64,000 nt of DNA from Stegostoma tigrinum. Its lineage: Eukaryota. Location of the stretch: contig NC_081391.1 of the NCBI RefSeq assembly GCF_030684315.1, positions 14,299,342-14,363,341 of the forward strand. Direction: 5' to 3'. The notes beneath the pieces are model-generated. The model was not told the origin of the DNA. It saw nothing but the letters and a program-made list of their open reading frames with translations, and searched no databases. This document shows positions 61,790 through 64,000 of the stretch, piece by piece. Every line of letters starts with the position of its first letter. Positions within the stretch are counted from its first letter, which is position 1. The position numbers were made by a program, and so were the translations under genes.

Positions 61790-64000
61790 TCATCCAAGTC
61801 ATCTGTCAGATCAGGCAGATTCTTTGCTTGCGAAGATCAGTTGGGAAGAGATTCGTCAGCGATTTCGTTGGCACAACCGTTGGTGGCTGTAGAGTCCTAT
61901 CCTGGACCTGCAGATCCTGGGGCAGTGCGGGCAGGGGAATGCTCCGGACAGCGGGGCTTGAGATGAGGGCTCCTTCCTGCGTTTCCGTCTGTCCTCTGCA
62001 GCTGCTCTCCTCGAACATTCGAACTGCTCCGTCGCCGTCGTGGTTTTCTTCCGCCATACGTCCCTGTCAGAGGCCAGCTTTTGCCATTCCGTTGAGGCAA
62101 TGCCGGCCTGAGACAGCCGTTGCTTCAGTTGGTCCTTGTAGCACTTGCGTGGGGCGCCGCAGTTTCTTTTGCCGTCGCAGAGTTCCCGAAGAACACTGTC
62201 TTGGGTATTCTGGTGTTGTCCATCCGCGATACGTGACCCGACCATCGAAGTTGCTTCAGGAGATGCTGGGGAGCCGGGCCTTTTCCAGCACTTCGTTGTT
62301 AGAGACGCGGTCCTGCCAGATGATGCCCAATATAGAGCGCAGGCAACGTTGGTGAAATCGTTCCAGCAGCTGCATCTGTTTCCGATACAGAACCCAGGCC
62401 TCGGAGCCGTAGAGCAGTGTAGTGATGACCGCGGCCTTGTAAACCTGGATTTTCGTCGACATGCCTATCTAGTGGTTTCCCCATACACGCTTCCACAGTC
62501 GCCCAAAGACGCTACTTGCTTTCGCAAGGCGATTGTCGACGTCTCCTGTGACTGTAGCATCGTTGGAGATTCTGTTTCCCAGGCACGTGAAGCGTTCGAC
62601 CGTGTTGAGGGGGTGGCCGTCGATCGAGATTCGAGGTGGGTTGTATGCGCTGCAAGGTGGCTTCTGGTACAGGATCTCCATCTTCTTCAGACTGATCGTT
62701 AGCCCGAAAGCCTTTGCAGCTTCGGAGAAGCGCGTCACTGCAGTCTTCAGCGCATCTTCTGTGTGTGTGAGTAGGGCGCAGTCGTCCGCATACAGCAGCT
62801 CCATGATGGGCTCCCGTGTTGTCTTCGAGCGAGCGAGGAAGCGGTGCAGATTGAAGATATTGCCGTCCAGGCGGAAGCGAATGTAGATGCTGTTCATGAT
62901 GCCCTCCTTCACTTCCTGCAGCATCATGTTGAAGAGGATGGTGAAGAGCTTTGGTGCCAAGACGCAGCCCTGCTTCACGCCGTTGCTGATGGGGAACGGG
63001 TGCGATAGGTCACCGTTGTATTTCACCTTGCCGCTCTGACCTTCATGAAGTTGCTGTAGGATGGTTAAGAACTTAGGAGGGCATCCGAGCTTCCCCAGGA
63101 TTTTCCATAAACCGTTGCGGCTGACAGTATTGAAGGCTTTGGTGAGGTCAATGAATGCCACGTACAGCCCAACGTTCTGGTCACGGCATTTCTCCTGAAG
63201 TTGGCGTAGTGCGAAGATCATGTCGGACGTGCCTCTATTCGCTCTAAAACCACATTGACTTTCTGTTAGGTTGTCCTCCACAATGGTGGGGATTAGTCTG
63301 TCCAAGAGGATTCTGGAGAGAATCTTCCCGGCCGTAGACAGCAGAGTGACACATCTGTAGTTCGAACAGTCCGATTTCTCACCCTTGTTCTTATACAGGG
63401 AGACTATCACAGAGCCACGTAGATCAGCTGGCACCTCACCCTGTTCCCAACAGAGTGCAAATAGGTTGGTGAGTTCATTCAGGAGCGAAGCTCCTCCAAA
63501 TTTGTATACTTCTGCAGGGATTCCGTCGATACCGGGGGCTTTGTGGAGTTTCAGCTTAGAGATGGCAGATTGAACCTCATCCAGTGTTGGTGGACGGTTG
63601 AGTTCGGATCTGATGTCCTGCTGCGGGATTCTCTCAATGGATGCTGTTTGTACTTGGCAATTGTCCTCGAAGAGGTTCTCGTAGTGTTCTGTCCATCGCT
63701 CCATGATGGCTTCTTTGTCAGTAAGCAAACTGGCACCGTCAGCAGAGCGCAAAGGGGCCTGAAGTTGGCGGGTCAGTCCATACATCGTGCGCAGAGACTC
63801 ATAAAAAGCTCTGGTGTTGCCAGTGTCTGCATACTGCTGTGTTTGTTCTGCATTTGTTTGACCACGAGTCATTCTGCATCGTTCTGAGGTTGGCTTGCAG
63901 GGTACCGCATGCAGCTCTCTATTCTGCTTTAGCTGTTTTGTCGTCAGATCTGGAGAGCAAGGTCTGATGGGCAGAGTGTTTCTCCTGGAGGAGAGTCTGT
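61790..64000 (-). mobile_element. RTE-clade (BovB/RTE-like) LINE, reverse transcriptase region, continues beyond window
   Basis: 467-aa ORF 62469-63872 with KAPGIDG, QCGFR, FIDLTKAF, GVKQG and LLYADD; frameshifted C-terminal part with LLYGSEAW and CPHCPRICRSRIGLYSHQR zinc finger; very short 3'UTR. Confidence 0.93.

Noticed and set aside
59110-61790. Possible neighbouring gene after the array
   Set aside because: Only short ORFs with no recognisable protein motifs or consistent exon structure.

Overview
Vertebrate genomic DNA, almost certainly from a cartilaginous fish (inferred from shark-type HE1 SINEs, CR1/HER1 LINEs and Penelope-derived fold-back repeats). Bases 1-59100 hold a head-to-tail array of seven four-exon ferritin genes on the + strand (coding exons 102/147/126/156 nt, 176 aa, heavy/middle-subunit-like), spaced about 8-11 kb apart. 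The array probably continues upstream of the window and ends after copy 7. Copies 1, 2, 3 and 7 have intact frames. Copy 4 has a 1-nt frameshift, copy 5 has a duplicated exon 2 plus a Cys-to-TGA stop, and copy 6 is multiply disabled, including a 34-bp micro-inversion across a splice acceptor. All copies carry Lys at ferroxidase position 62 and lack Gln at 141 (human FTH1 numbering). None has an iron-responsive element, and all share a promoter with a DR1 nuclear-receptor site. This suggests an amplified, transcriptionally controlled, probably ferroxidase-deficient ferritin subfamily evolving by birth-and-death and gene conversion. The window also holds Penelope-type hammerhead ribozyme motifs, a LINE-born minisatellite, a multi-template insertion, and a young RTE-clade LINE at the right end.
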